Assembly: GCF_036321535.1 (NCBI RefSeq)
Contig: NC_087436.1
Span: 19,470,001-19,534,000, forward strand
Source of the DNA: Camelus dromedarius
Taxonomy: Eukaryota
Length of the DNA stretch: 64,000 nucleotides
Direction: 5' to 3'
This document shows positions 12,651 to 25,459 of this stretch, in pieces. The notes under the pieces are model-generated. The model saw only the letters and a list, made by a program, of their open reading frames with translations, did not search any database and was not told where the DNA came from. A program made the position numbers and the translations under genes. The first letter of the stretch is position 1, and each line of letters opens with the position of its first letter.

Positions 12651-13591
12651 TTGGAGAGTGATATGTACTTCTATACAATTGAGAAAAAAAAAAGAGAATT
12701 TTAAGATACTAAAGAAAGAGATGTAAAACTGTAAATCAGACATAATTTTTCTCCTGGGAGAGCTGGTTCCATTTTCTTATGATAACCTAAAAGATACATT
12801 TGTGCCATGTGTATTTGTTATAGCAGCCTAATAAGCTATTCAGAATTCCTGATCGGTAACTGCAGTATATGAATTTGGAGCAGGACAGCTTTTCAACCTT
12901 TCCAGTAACTAAAATCATCAATAGGAAAAGTTATTTCTTGTTTACTGCCTCCCCCGTTGCCAGTAGACTTTTGTTACTTTTCTTTGTTCTTCATTTACTT
13001 CTACTTCTTTAAACTGAAGAGGAAAAAATGGGTAGAAATAATGAAAAACGTGAGAGAAATGTATGTAGAGGCTTCCTGCCCTTTAATTCACCGGTATTTT
13101 CCCTTAAAGATGGTTGAATCCTGATTCTGTATCATTAAATGTCTCAATAGAATTTGGATCCATATCTTGTGTAGTTTCGAGCTAAACAGTTGTTGAAGTC
13201 AAAAGGTTAAATTTCCAGCTTTAAAAAAAAATTGAATAAAAAGTCCCACCAGTGCAGAGAAGTGGTTTTTTAAAAAGGGGCTGAAGTGTGTAACAGTAGA
13301 AAACATCTCCATTAGGAAGAATACTTCCTCTTGCAACAAAATGCTATTGTTTTTGATATGAAGTTTCAAGATATATTTGAAAAGTATCATGAAGATCTCC
13401 CTAAGAAACAATCTCAACAATTACTAGTCTTGAAACAAATCTTCTATCATGTCTGGCCTTTTTTCAAATTCTATCAACCTGGTGCCATAATCACTAAGGG
13501 TTTTTTAGTGACAAAAATACCATAAACTAGTGAAAATCTCAAGTAGTATTGTGCCTCTCTGCCTTAGTTTTCCTAGATGTTGTTAGCCTTT

Positions 13592-13817
13592 TATTTATTT
13601 TTTTTGAAAAAAAAATATATGTATATTTTTGAATATCTGTTGTATGTCGGGCACTTTTTTTTGTCCAACTATTTTTTATTTTTAATTTTTATTTAATTTA
13701 TTTTTTTGGAGGGAGGAAATTTTATTCATTCATTTATAATAGTGGTACCGGGGATTGAACCCAGGACCTCCTGCGTGCTAAGCACACACTCTACTGTTGA
13801 GCGATAACCCTACCCCC
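13592..13817 (-). mobile_element. Vic-1-like SINE with extended 3' region
   Basis: 'gggattgaacccaggacctcctgcgtgctaagc'; candidate TSD agccttt (13585-13591 / 13818-13824). Confidence 0.85.
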
Positions 13818-14804
13818 AGCCTTTAGTTTCTATATGGAGACTGTAAGTAGTGAGACACCTAACATATATTTTGATAAGTGTTTTTAAAAATACAAACAAA
13901 CTAGAAGGGGAATTTTTCTCCTTAAAGAAGAAGTTGGATGCCACATCGTTTTAAAGGAAGTTTTTCTTTCTCTGTTGGAAATCATTCTTGATGCTTCAAA
14001 AATCTGACCCCTTTTCTTGACTTAAGTCTTTGCTTGGCATGATATCATCCCTAAGCAGAATTATTTCCAGTAATATTACTGTTTTTTTTTCCCTTGGTCT
14101 ATTTGAATCATCCATTTTTAAGATACTGAGCTCCTCAGTGCCAGAGGTATAGGGGACATGTACTTCGTAAATTTACTACAGTCCTGTTTCAGAAACTGAT
14201 TTTGTGGCTCCATCTTGCAGGGATGAACTCACATTAATTATACTCACAGATAATGGTATATAAAGCAGATTGCCAATTTATTAATTGAGAGTGGGAAAAA
14301 TAATTACAAGAAATCCTTAGACACTTGGGTTGATGCCTTATCGCTGCATGGTTAAATTTACGTGAGGAGATATTTTAATAAAAAGTTTACTTGGTGGGAA
14401 TGGAATTAGAGGAAGGAGAGGCAGGGAGATCACTCCCAGGTTTGATTCTGTCAGGCTGTTGTAAGTGAATGTTTCTGGCTCCACAACAAGGGGTACGTTG
14501 CCCTTGGAAACAGACAGGTTCATCATTTGGACCAGGGATCTTCTTTCCTAGATGATGCTTGGGTAGGTGCTCTTAATATTTGCTTTTAGATATTTTCTCA
14601 CTGCTTCCATTGCTGACTGGTTTCCCCTTTTATAGACCTCCCAAACCTTAAAGTGAAATCTTGCTGACAATGAAATCATTCTGATGTTTTAAAATGATTT
14701 TGAATGTCTATGCTGTCAAGGCATTTCCTTTACTTCCAAGTTCAGAGAAGGAAGAAACACAAATATAAAGTCCCCTTTCGTATTATCTATATAGTTAAAC
14801 TGAC

Positions 14805-14995
14805 TACTAAGGTAGCCACAAGCTACATGCAGCTATTTCAAATTTAGTTGGTTAAAATTAAATAAAATTAAACAATCAATTCCTCAGTCACACTAGCCAC
14901 ATTTCAGGGATTCAGTGACCACATGTGACTGCTGGCTACTGTACTAGACAGTGCAGAATGTTGAACATTTTCATCATGGCAGAAAGATAACACTG
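14805..14995 (-). mobile_element. MER3-like hAT-Charlie MITE
   Basis: 'ggtagccacaagctacatg...cctcagtcacactagccacatttca...aacattttcatcatggcagaaag'. Confidence 0.8.
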
Positions 14996-15679
14996 AAGAG
15001 ACGTTTAATTGACAAAATAGCTTGCAATTATCTATTTTAATATAATTTGGTGTCTGATATCTTTATATGTCTTCATTTTTGTATATGTATTACTATTCCA
15101 GTCTTCTCTAGTGAATCTGAAGTCGATTATACACACATGCTCAGCTAGACAGGGATTTTGTTGTTGTAAAGATAATAGTTGGTTAAGTATCCAGCACTTA
15201 AGCAATCTGCTTATTACAAAGAAAAGGGCTCATGAATTTTATTTGTAATTCTCCTTTGGCTACTGAGAGGACTATTTACTTTGGAGTATTAGAAAAAACT
15301 CTAGTGCACAGCCAAAACATTTTAAAATGGTTATATTATAATTTGCATCATTTTGACTCCTCATAATGGTCGATTTCTTTCTTTTTCCAACACTGTGCTA
15401 TTTTGATAAATTAATAATGCTTATTCAGAAGTGCTGACAATGCCAGGAAAATAAATGCAGCCTTAAACGTATGAGATGTCCTTTGGAAAAATAGTATAAT
15501 GTAGCTTGAGGTGCCTGAAAGTCAATCCATCTTCAAAGTCTGAATATGATTTTATTTTTAACTTAAGTGCCTTCCTCTGCATTTAACAACTGTTCTCATG
15601 GGACTCATAATTTTTTTTTTTTTTAATCTGCTTTAACTCTCTTCACATTTGAAAGAACATGTTCAATAAGACTGGTGTT

Positions 15680-15899
15680 GGGATAGACTGGGATTTCAAA
15701 ATGTAGAATAGATAAACAAGATTATACTGTATAGCACAGGGAAACATATACAAGATCTTATGGTAGCTCACAGAGAAAAAAATGTGACAATGAATATATA
15801 TATATATATGTTCATGTATAATCAAAAAATTGTGCTCTACACTGGAATTTGACACAACATTGTAAAATTATTATAAATCAATAAAAAATGTTTAAAAAA
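15680..15899 (+). mobile_element. Young L1 3' stub with TSD
   Basis: TSD aagactggtgtt (15668-15679) / aagactgatgtt (15900-15911). Confidence 0.92.
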
Positions 15900-16711
15900 A
15901 AGACTGATGTTTCTCACACGGTAGTTTAACAAGGTCAGTGATTTTCTATTATTTGGATTTCTTGATCAGTAAAATTTCAAAAGAAATTTTGGGGAATGGC
16001 TAATGTTTTTAATCCTTCATTTTGCTACATAAAAACTACAATTTGTTATCATTATTATTTCATGAAAGAGTGGATATTTAAACGTAAACCCAGGAGGATG
16101 TATTTCAGATATCCTAGGATAAATTTAGCTTTATGATAGTCAGATGACATTCTTATTTTCCCCATTTATTCCTTTAGGAATTTTGACTAGTCCCAAACCT
16201 AAGCTCTTCACTGTTTAAATTACTAACCTTTGCTGGTTTTCTTCTTTTTGTTGATATTTTTACCACCTCCTTTGGTATTTGAATTATAACTTTGATTTAG
16301 TGTATGCTTTTAAGTCAGGCAAAGACTATTTCTATTCAAGGAAATCCTGTAAAGTAATCTGGGCAGTCAGAACATTTAACAAGTGGTGGTGGTTTATCAA
16401 AAAGTTATTTAACAGTCTCAACAATGCAGACTGTTAACCACATTTTCATTTGTCTGATTTATACTTTGAGGCACGTTTGTCCAAGTTATACTTTTGTAGG
16501 GACTGGGAAGAAATGGATATCTCCTCCAGATTGGAGGAAGATGAAAACAAAGGAATAAAGATAAAGTAATTTCTTAAGTAGACTTAATGATTCAGTTTCA
16601 AAGATAAGTCTATTTGAGGACTATTTGGATAATATAGCTCATTTTTCAGGAACTTAGAATTTTAGAAAAAATATGTGGTTTGGGAAAAAAATGTTTCTTA
16701 TGGTAACATTA

Positions 16712-16730
16712 ATATATATATATATATATA
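16712..16730. repeat. (AT)9 microsatellite
   Basis: Direct read. Confidence 0.9.
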
Positions 16731-16864
16731 ATTTATACCTGTGGAACTTTTATATGCTTGGTGAACTTGTGAAAGAACTTCTTGGAATGTATGTATATAC
16801 ATCCAGGTAAATATTTATTCATCCGTATTCTTATATACAATTGTTCTTATCATTAGAAAAAAGC

Positions 16865-17090
16865 CACATTTTATTGAGTACTTTAAAGGTAATGGATTCA
16901 GTGTAGCTGCTGGGAGGAGAACCAAGGTGTCTCCAGGCAAGGTCTTGCTCTCAGAGAGCTTACACTGTGTTAATCAAATATATACAAAAGTATGTGCGAA
17001 AGAATAGCTGCGGTTCGGGCAACTGAGAGTATTCCCCAGCACGGCTGGTATGAGAAGAAGTTTTGCAGAATGAACAGAATTTGGGAATAC
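16865..17090 (-). mobile_element. L2 3' fragment
   Basis: 'attttattgagtact...ggtcttgctctcagagagcttacact'. Confidence 0.55.
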
Positions 17091-17819
17091 AGTGATGCTC
17101 GTTACAGACTAAGGCTACGGGGCTCTTCCTATTAGCAATTCTCTATGCAGAAGTCTGTCTAGTAGGCTTACTTTGTGATGAGTTATAACGTTAGTGTCTT
17201 ATAGACAAAATCTAGTATAATCCAGAATAGTAATCCAACACGGACAAGTAATCTAATATTTGTCATAGCTGAATTTCTGCAAGAAAGGTGTAGTTGATAT
17301 GAAAAGCCTGCAAGTTCATTTATCAGACGTTTTTAGTTACACTTTAACACATGATTAAACTATAAGAATATTCTTTTTAGATAAACATAAAATATGCATA
17401 TATATACAATAGTGTCTATATAGAAAATGAAAATGGTCTCTACATATAGAATATTAATCTTGACTTCTGCTGAAAAATAGTTTTTTTTTTAAGTTAAACA
17501 AGTAAAAACCTCATTTACTTTCATCAGTCCTATTGACATCTTAGCAGATCTCTATTAAATTTGGCCTATGGTATCGTCTCTACATTATGTTCTACAAAAT
17601 ACACAAATTAAAGAAGACTGATGTTTCATATAAATTATAAAGTGTCACACATGATTGAGAGATCGTTATACTGTATAGGAGAAATGCTCCCTTTTGTTCC
17701 TTTCCTCTTTTCATTTACATAACTATACCTTTTATATACCTGTTCCTTCCCTAGAGATTTTTTTGTATATTTGCAAAGATAAATTAGATCTTGGTCTATT
17801 GTTACTTTGACTTAATATT

Positions 17820-17936
17820 TTTGGGGGGCGGGGGTAATTAGGTTTATTTATTTTTGTTGGAGGTACTGGGAATTGAACTCAGGACCTCATGCATGCTAAG
17901 CATGCGCTTTACCACTGAATTATATCCTCCTGCCTC
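17820..17936 (-). mobile_element. Vic-1-like SINE with TSD
   Basis: Perfect 11-bp TSD gacttaatatt (17809-17819 / 17937-17947); antisense A/B boxes. Confidence 0.93.
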
Positions 17937-17984
17937 GACTTAATATTCTAAACTCTTTTCATACCTAAAGCTGTATATGCTGTA

Positions 17985-18570
17985 TACATATCCTTGATTT
18001 CAGGTGAGTTACATTCAGTTGGGTGGTGAAGAGGAGTATAAAATACAATTTCTGTTAAAGAGACAGTGTAATTGAGGAAATGAGACAGGGGTAAGTAAAG
18101 TGCTTGGAGAAAAACAAAAAAAATATATAATCACGTGCTTAGATGTGTGATATCATCAGTTCAGAAATGGAGAGCAAGACAGAGAATAACCCAAGCAGAG
18201 AAGGTCAACCTGAGAGTGGTTACAGCCCAGCAAGGGCGGGACCGCACCTGTTACGCTCATTGCTCTCTCTGTCTCTCTCTCTATGTGGTTGTAATGGCAA
18301 ATATAGGGCCCCGTACAAAGCAGATGATCAGTATGTCATGAATAAGTAAATGAATGGGCAGTTGCAGGCAAGAGATAGTGCAAAGAGAGATGCTTACTGG
18401 ACTAAGCCAGTTCTTCTTGGTGACGATGGAAATCACGTGAGACAGAATTATGAAGAGCCTTAAACGAGAGGCTAACTTTGAACTTAATACTAGTTGAGGA
18501 GTTACTGAGGAGTCTCTGAGTGTAATATATTCCAGAAGTGATATCTTCAGGGAAGTGGCCTGGTAGCAGT
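17985..18570 (-). mobile_element. Degenerate L2 fragments
   Basis: 'gagttacattcagttggg', 'gacagaattatgaagagccttaaa', 'gaggagttactgaggag' are L2-like. Confidence 0.4.
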
Positions 18571-18572
18571 GT

Positions 18573-18760
18573 GTTTTTTTGTGTGTGTGTGTTTGTTTTT
18601 ATTTATTGAAGTCTAGTTGATTTACAATGTTGTGTTAGTTTCAAGTGTACAGCAAAATGATTCAGTTATACATATATATATATCTTTTTTTTCAGATTCT
18701 TTTCCCTTATAGGTTATTGCAAGATATTGAATATAGTTCCCTGTGCTGCACAGTAGGTCC
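18573..18760 (-). mobile_element. L1 3' stub with TSD
   Basis: 'ttgaagtctagttgatttacaatgttgtg...atagttccctgtgctgcacagtaggtcc'; TSD agcagtgt (18565-18572 / 18761-18768). Confidence 0.92.
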
Positions 18761-19249
18761 AGCAGTGTTTGTTGGTGAGTTGTGATGTGAAAGATTGATG
18801 TGTAGACTGTTCTGAGTGTAGGCAAACAGTGAAGAACACCCTGGCTAGAACCTTTGAATTTTCTTACAAAGAAAGAATTACCAGCACAAAAGAAGGAAAA
18901 ACTGTCTTAGTCATTTACTGAATTACTTAGCTAATGTTAACTTGTGCCTACTGTATGCAGGCCCAGACACAGACGTCTCACTCCCAGGCCTGGGACCCGG
19001 GGTACCTACCTTCCAGCACTGTTAAAGAGATTCAGGAAGACTGGGTCTCTGAGATGCTTAGCCGAGTGTCTGGCGCATTAGCAAGAATTCATAAGTAGTC
19101 GCTGCTTTTATGATTATCCAGCTTATTTTAGAACCCCTGACCCTCTCCATCCCTGTGGCCAAAACCCTCTCTTTAGTCCTGTATCTAGACTTTTTGTCTA
19201 ATCCATAGATACAGTATCTTCCTAAACCTCTGGTCCCTTAAATACAACA

Positions 19250-19500
19250 ACTTTTTTTTTTATTAGAAACTTTGAAACTTATACAAAGTAGATCAGATAA
19301 TATTAATAAACGTTGTGCAGCCATCTCTCAGCTTCACCCATTGTTCACTGAGCCCAGCCCTGTTTCCCTCTGCTCCCATCCACTTTCCTTCTCTGGGGTA
19401 TCATTTGACGCAAACCCCAGTCATCACCTCATTTCAACATGAATCTAACAGGTAAGGGCTGTTTCTTGGTTTTGAACATAACTATGCTGCTGTTTTCCCC
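19250..19500 (-). mobile_element. Old L1ME-like 3' end
   Basis: T tail then 'aaactttgaaacttatacaaagtag...catttgacgcaaaccccagtcatc'. Confidence 0.6.
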
Positions 19501-20780
19501 CTTATATACTTTGACTGGTCAAGTTTTCATGAGAGTCTGGGATATCTTTATCGTAGAAAGTCCGGGAAATCCAAGGAACATAAACAGCTAAGGGGGCTCA
19601 AAGATCTTAGGATTAGTAACTGTGATGTCGTGAAGAAAAACAGGCAGTTTAAGCAAGAGGATAATTTTGAATGAGATGATTAAGTTTGAATTGATACCAG
19701 TTTAGTTACACGTTAGTGCGGGGACATCCAAAGGCAGGTGTCCAGGGATGGACATGGTTGGTATCTATTTTTTCTTCATGATTAAAGGACTTATGGATCT
19801 GAAACCAATATAGATTTTTATGGGGTTGGCCAGTAATTCTCTCCTCTCTTTTTTCTTTCCCTCCAAAACTAATGTCATCCTTTCTGTGTCCTAGCCCTCA
19901 CCTCTCTACTGCCACTGCCCCCCCCAACATTTTGGGGTACATTTTGTAACCTTACTTTTCTGCTAATTGTGTTTGTTTGAGTTCATTAGGTTAACGTTTA
20001 TTTTTTAAAAGTAATTTGGCCCATCTGATAGTGCTAAGAGTCAGTGATGATTAAGTAATGAATAAGTATTCATATGGGATGGATGGTAGCTTCAATTTTG
20101 ATTTCATAATGACTTCAGCTTAAGATAGTTTTCAAAGTAAAAGTGTAAAATATCATCAGAGCCAAAGTTGCATTCAACAAAGGAACATATAAATAACTGC
20201 TACTGATTCCTGAAATTAAATTAGAAAACAAAATGCTCATAAATTAGTACCTTTAATTCTTTTTTATCTTTAAAAATGATCCTAGCTTTCAAAATATCTT
20301 TTCCTATTTCACTTTGAAAATAGTGTGAACAGTTTAGCTCATAGGCCAAAGAAAAGACCCTATTATTCTTTTTGATGCATGGGTGTTAAGACATAATTGC
20401 TACTTTGGGTTCTGTATATTCACTGAGAGTAAAAATCAGGCTCGTCTAAGCACCTGATTTAAGCCTGCAGCAGACTTCTGTATTAGAATCAGAAATTTAG
20501 AGATTTGTATAAAAAGTGGAGATATACATGGCTAGGACCTACTTCGGCTTTATGACATGCTTATAATTATTAGCAACGGGATCTAGACTGTTAACGTTGG
20601 ACACTGTTTGAATGTTCCGGGATAATTTATAGGGTTGATTACTCCAACCTCAAGTGGAACCTTAGGAAGAAGAGCAGCAAATGGTAAATCAGTTGTGACA
20701 GTCCCTGGAGTAACATTTCAGTTTGAGGCTCTGACTTATGTGGGTCTCAACCTCTTTTCCTCCCGTAGCCTTTCCCGTGG

Positions 20781-20807
20781 ATCATCGTCATCATCATCAT
20801 CATCATC
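20781..20807. repeat. (ATC)9 trinucleotide repeat with one variant unit
   Basis: atcatcgtcatcatcatcatcatcatc. Confidence 0.9.
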
Positions 20808-21349
20808 TGTTCAGATAATGCCTGCTCTGAAATCACCGGTCCCCGGGGAGGGGAGTGAGGGGACGGTCCTGTTATAAGCACACTTGCTGCAAACCTTTCA
20901 CCTTGCTGTCAAGGTGACAAGTGTTTGTCCTTAAGGGAACACTGGAGGTTAAATCACCAGTGTTTCTCTCACTTATCTTCTTTCCCGTACTACTCAAGCT
21001 CTCAGCCAAATTTATAGCTGAAAAGAGTCTCAGAAAATGAGGCTAGTCATAACCTTTATGCACTTTGTTCCAGGATACCTTTTGTGCAAGCTCAAGGCAC
21101 TGACTACATTATGTATTGGAGGCTGAGTAATTAGAATTTCCTAAGTCATTATCTAAGTACGTTTTCATTTCAGGGCTTATTCAGAAGGAAAAGATTTGGG
21201 GAAGAAACATTGAAATTTTGAGAGAGAGTATTGGGAGCTTTGCAAATATAACTGTGATCAGGTGAACAATGATTCATTTTTACATCAGCAAGTCTTAAGG
21301 GTGTTCACATCCTCAACACGAAGAGACACCAAAACACATATTAACCCTG

Positions 21350-21630
21350 GAAATGGGAGTTGCTCTGGATTTCTTCATCTCTTTTTTTGACCCATTCCTT
21401 TCCAGTCTCTGTATAGCAGTGAGAGTGATCTTGAATGGTGTAAACTGATGTTTCATTTTCCTGCTTAAAATCCTTCAGTGTTTTTTGGGATAAGTACCAA
21501 AATTCCTTATGTGGCTTACAAGACCCCACATGATCTGTCCTTTGCCTTCCTCTCCAGCTTCCTCCTGTGCCACCTTCTTTGACTGCAAGAAAGCAGGTGG
21601 TATCTGTCTTCCATGAGGACAGACTTGAGT
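21350..21630 (+). mobile_element. L2 fragment
   Basis: 'gagagtgatcttgaatggtgtaaactgatg...ctgcttaaaatccttcagtg'. Confidence 0.7.
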
Positions 21631-21639
21631 CTCTCCAGC

Positions 21640-22715
21640 TCATTCATTCAACAGATGCTTTTCTGAGCTCTTGCTCTAAATCGTAGCTACCAAAATGTAT
21701 AAAACAGACAAAAACTCATGGGGCTTACATTCTAGTGAGAGAATATAGCAAGTAAAACATACAGATCTGCAACTAAACACATATATGATATGTAATATAC
21801 TTCATCTAATTATTATTTATTAACTTTATCTTATATATAGTTTAGTTGCAAATCTATATATTTTAGCTATATCTGTATGTGTATATGTAGAAATATATGT
21901 GTATATGTATATGTAGTGTCATATGGAGAAAATGGAGAAAAATGAAGCCAGAAAGGGAGAAAGATGAAGAAGCTGGAGGGGTTGCAGGTTTTTAAAAATG
22001 TGATAGGTGATGGTCTCACTTAGAATGTTTGAGCAGAGACTAGAAGCAGATGAGGGAGAAAGCCATGAGAATATTTGGGGAAATAGTGTCCATATAAAGA
22101 GAATGTTCCTAAAGTGCAAAAGTACTGAGACAGACAGGAGAAGGGCCAGAATAGGGTGGGCAGTGGAGATAAATTCAGATAAATAACAAGGGATCAGATT
22201 ATAGCATGTAATAAGGGGGCAGATAACATGGTTGGGGCCTTGTGGGCCACTGAAAGTTCTTTGAGTTTAAGTCTAAATGAGATGCTGTATTAATCAACTT
22301 GAGCTGCCATAACAAAATGCCATGGGCTGGATGGCTTAAGGGAGAGACAGAGACAGAGAAAGGGAGGTGGGGTCTGGTGTCTCTCTTCTAATAAAGCGCT
22401 AGGTCCTTTGGATCCGGGCTCCATCCTTGTAACCTCATTTAACCTTAATTACCTCCCAAAGGCCTTATTTCCAAATATAGCCACATTAGGGGTAGAGCTT
22501 CAACATGCGAATTTTGGAGGAAGAGAATTCAATTCATAGCAATGGGAAGACATTTGAAAGTTCTGGGCAGAGCAGTAACATAATCTCACTTAATGACCGC
22601 TCTGGTGAGAACTGACTGTAGGATTAAGGGCAAAAGCAGGGAGACCAGTTAGGAGATGGTTGCACTAGTTTAGCCAGGAGATGACAGTGGCTTGAACCTG
22701 GGTGACAGCTACTGA
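21640..22715 (-). mobile_element. L2 (antisense), interrupted by an AT-rich insert and an MLT1A LTR
   Basis: 'tcattcattcaacagatgctttt', 'tttgagcagagactagaag', 'gcagggagaccagttaggag'. Confidence 0.8.
22286..22541 (-). mobile_element. MLT1A/MLT1A0-like solo LTR with internal deletion
   Basis: tg...ca ends; 'gctgccataacaaaatgcc', 'acctcatttaaccttaattacctcccaaaggcc'. Confidence 0.85.
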
Positions 22716-22829
22716 ACCAAGCTCATTACAGCCTCAGGGCGTTCTCACAGACTGTTCCCTGGATGGCTTATGACTTTCAATGCTCTTGTACATGTATTTT
22801 CTCAGGCAAGCACCACGCCTCTCCTGTGA

Positions 22830-23045
22830 GGCAAGCACAGTATTGTGAGACTCAGGTTTCTCTGAATGAGAAGAATTCTGGAGCGACTGCCTGGGTTTGT
22901 GTTTCTTCCCTGTGCCTCCGATCCCTGGAATTGCAAAAGTGCCAGCCTTCTGTAGTGTTGTGCAGATTAAATGAAACATTCTTTGTTAAATGTTTAGTAG
23001 AATGTCTGGCACACTAGCAAGTAATAAATATGAGCTGTCATTATT
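22830..23045 (+). mobile_element. MIR (an antisense MIR follows at ~23045-23180)
   Basis: 'gactgcctgggtttg...ttgtgcagattaaatga...tctggcacactagcaag'. Confidence 0.7.
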
Positions 23046-23599
23046 TTTGTCATTTAATAGATAGTGAAATTAAGAGTCAAGTCAATTGGTTTGTCCAAAT
23101 TTACCTAGCTAGTAATGAGGAGAAACACAGCTCGAATCTAACTATTTCTCATGCAGTCAGCTTTCCATTATATTGTGCAGCTGAAGGAGTTCCACTTTAA
23201 ACTAGAGGATAGTTCAAATTATAGTAGATAATAAGTTAAAAAATTTTCTGTAATTTGAATTTTGCCGTATTCTATCCTGATCCACCTTATTTCCTTCTGA
23301 TGCTAATCCACATTAAATGGGATTTCCCCATGTATCTATTTATTCATAAAGTTTAGCTTTGTTTCCTTCAAGTAGTCCAAAAGTTTGACCCTCCTTTGAA
23401 TTATTAAATTATTCCTTCTCTGGAAATGGCTAATTTCTTTCTTTTGTTTTCTCAACTGTTCACTGTTTCCTGTTTTCACTCCGAATAAAAGTACTGATTC
23501 TGGCACTGTTAAATTAAAACTTTAATGAGATATCTGCTCCCCCATAGAGAAGTTCCATTGGTCTATCAGGCTCCCTTTCAATTCAGTTTAGTAGCAAAA

Positions 23600-23800
23600 T
23601 TTTAGTTCATTTGTTCAAGAAATTTTTACTTAGTATTTACTGTTGGCCTAGGATTAAGCAAGACATTCATGAAAGATTTATAAATAAGCCAGATACAGTC
23701 CTCGCCAAGATGGAGTTTCCATTCAAATAGGGAAACAGACAATTGATGAAACAATTACATTATGATTTTAATTATGAAGGAACTAAGCAGAGTGATGATA
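23600..23800 (-). mobile_element. L2 3' fragment
   Basis: 'ttcatttgttcaagaaatttttacttag...agatacagtcctcgcc'. Confidence 0.55.
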
Positions 23801-25325
23801 AAGCAGAAACTGTTCCATTTTAGTCTGGTTCTTTTTCCAACTACTCCTCATTTTTCCTCCTCACCTAAGATAATTTCTTTATCAGAGAACCTCCTTCTCT
23901 GATTAAATATTTTGCTTAAATCATCTATATGAAGTTTAATACGGGACAGATAATGTGAGTCATTGACAGTAGACTGACGGTCAACATTTGGCTGTTTACA
24001 TTGTTATACATAGAACTTTAACACAGGTCACATTAGGCACACTAAGCTAGAAGGGTATCACTTTTGTAACAGCACAATAATAACAATTTTGGAAGAGATA
24101 TTTGTGTACTTTACAAATGGTATCAGTCATTGCATTTGAATTTTTACTTTCCTTTGCTCCTAACACAGATACTCATTGCAGAGAATTGTGTCTGCTGTTA
24201 TTTTTGGCTGTACAAAATTAATGTTTGCAGATATATACAGCAAAGAACAATGACATCAATTCATAACTCGTTTTAAAATCACCTTTTGATAAGATAAAGG
24301 GAAATACCTTTCAAGATCACATGACTCACTCTCTATCTCTTTCAGGCCAAGTAATTATATTCTATAATGTAGTTTAAAAAATTTTTTTTTGGTTGTGAGA
24401 TGGACAGAGTAAAGATAAAAGGCAGCTATGGAGATAACAGCCTACTTCACAGCCGACTGAAGCAGGTGTTAGAAGTGCAGATGAAGCCTATTGACTAAAG
24501 ACTATACAAATTTGAAGTGAAAATGCCGCTGGTCTGCATGCAGCGTTCTGCACATAGGAAGTTTCAGGCAGCTTAATTATTCATTGTATTGTGTGAACTA
24601 GCTCAGGAGTTAGGCAAAAGATGCCTTTTACATTTAAACTGTTTCTTCACCTTCTTCCTTTTATCTGCACTTGACAAGCAAAATGAACTTCATTTTGTAA
24701 GTATTATTTCGGCAAGTGAATGACTTACATCTCTATATGAAAAAAAAAACCTAGGAACAGATGACTCATGGGTTTAAGGGATGCTATAAAACAAGAGAAA
24801 CTGGAAATTATTTTTCTTTCTCATTCCTGTTATAATGAAATCAACTAAAGACAAATAAATGTGAAAGTTGCCATCTCATTGTCATTACCATCAGCCTCAG
24901 TGTGAAATATTTCTTAAGTGCCTACATGTGCATTATTCAGTGCTGGGTAAGAAGATTTTAAAAAAAATAAGCTATTCTTTCTATATCCTTATAATTAAGA
25001 GTCTTGATTTTTTTTTTAAGGTAAAAGACATTTTAAAATATTCAGTATATAATTTTAAAGCAGACTTACATTTCAAGGGAAATGTCACCATTCCTGGAAT
25101 TATTTCTACTCTCATTTGGTTCATTTTACTTTTTGGTCTCAAAGCCTGCCTAACCTGGCTACAGGGTACTGCACTGGTACCTGGAGACTGACACTGGTAT
25201 CAAAACACCTGCTTTCAGTGAACTCAGGTAACTTCTGGGCATCCAGAGAGATTTTATATATGTCTAGGAGGAAAACATAAACACTTCATCCTCATTTTAA
25301 AGGTGAAGAAGCCATGAACAAAATA

Positions 25326-25327
25326 TG

Positions 25328-25357
<30 letters not shown>
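25326..25357. repeat. (TGCC)8 microsatellite
   Basis: Direct read. Confidence 0.95.
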
Positions 25358-25358
<1 letters not shown>

Positions 25359-25459
25359 TCCTTCATTGAGACTCAAAGTTACGAAACTGCTGAAATTTTG
25401 ACTCAGTCTATGCAAATGTGTAGTTTTAAAATACCTTTCTTTTGGCTTTTAAGACAAAA

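Noticed and set aside
20635..20877. ORF with poly-Ser
   Set aside because: Poly-Ser is just the (ATC)n microsatellite; TTG start
21174..21261. Purine-rich 88-nt exon candidate
   Set aside because: Weak donor (CAG|GTGAAC) and no recognisable peptide; such pseudo-exons are common
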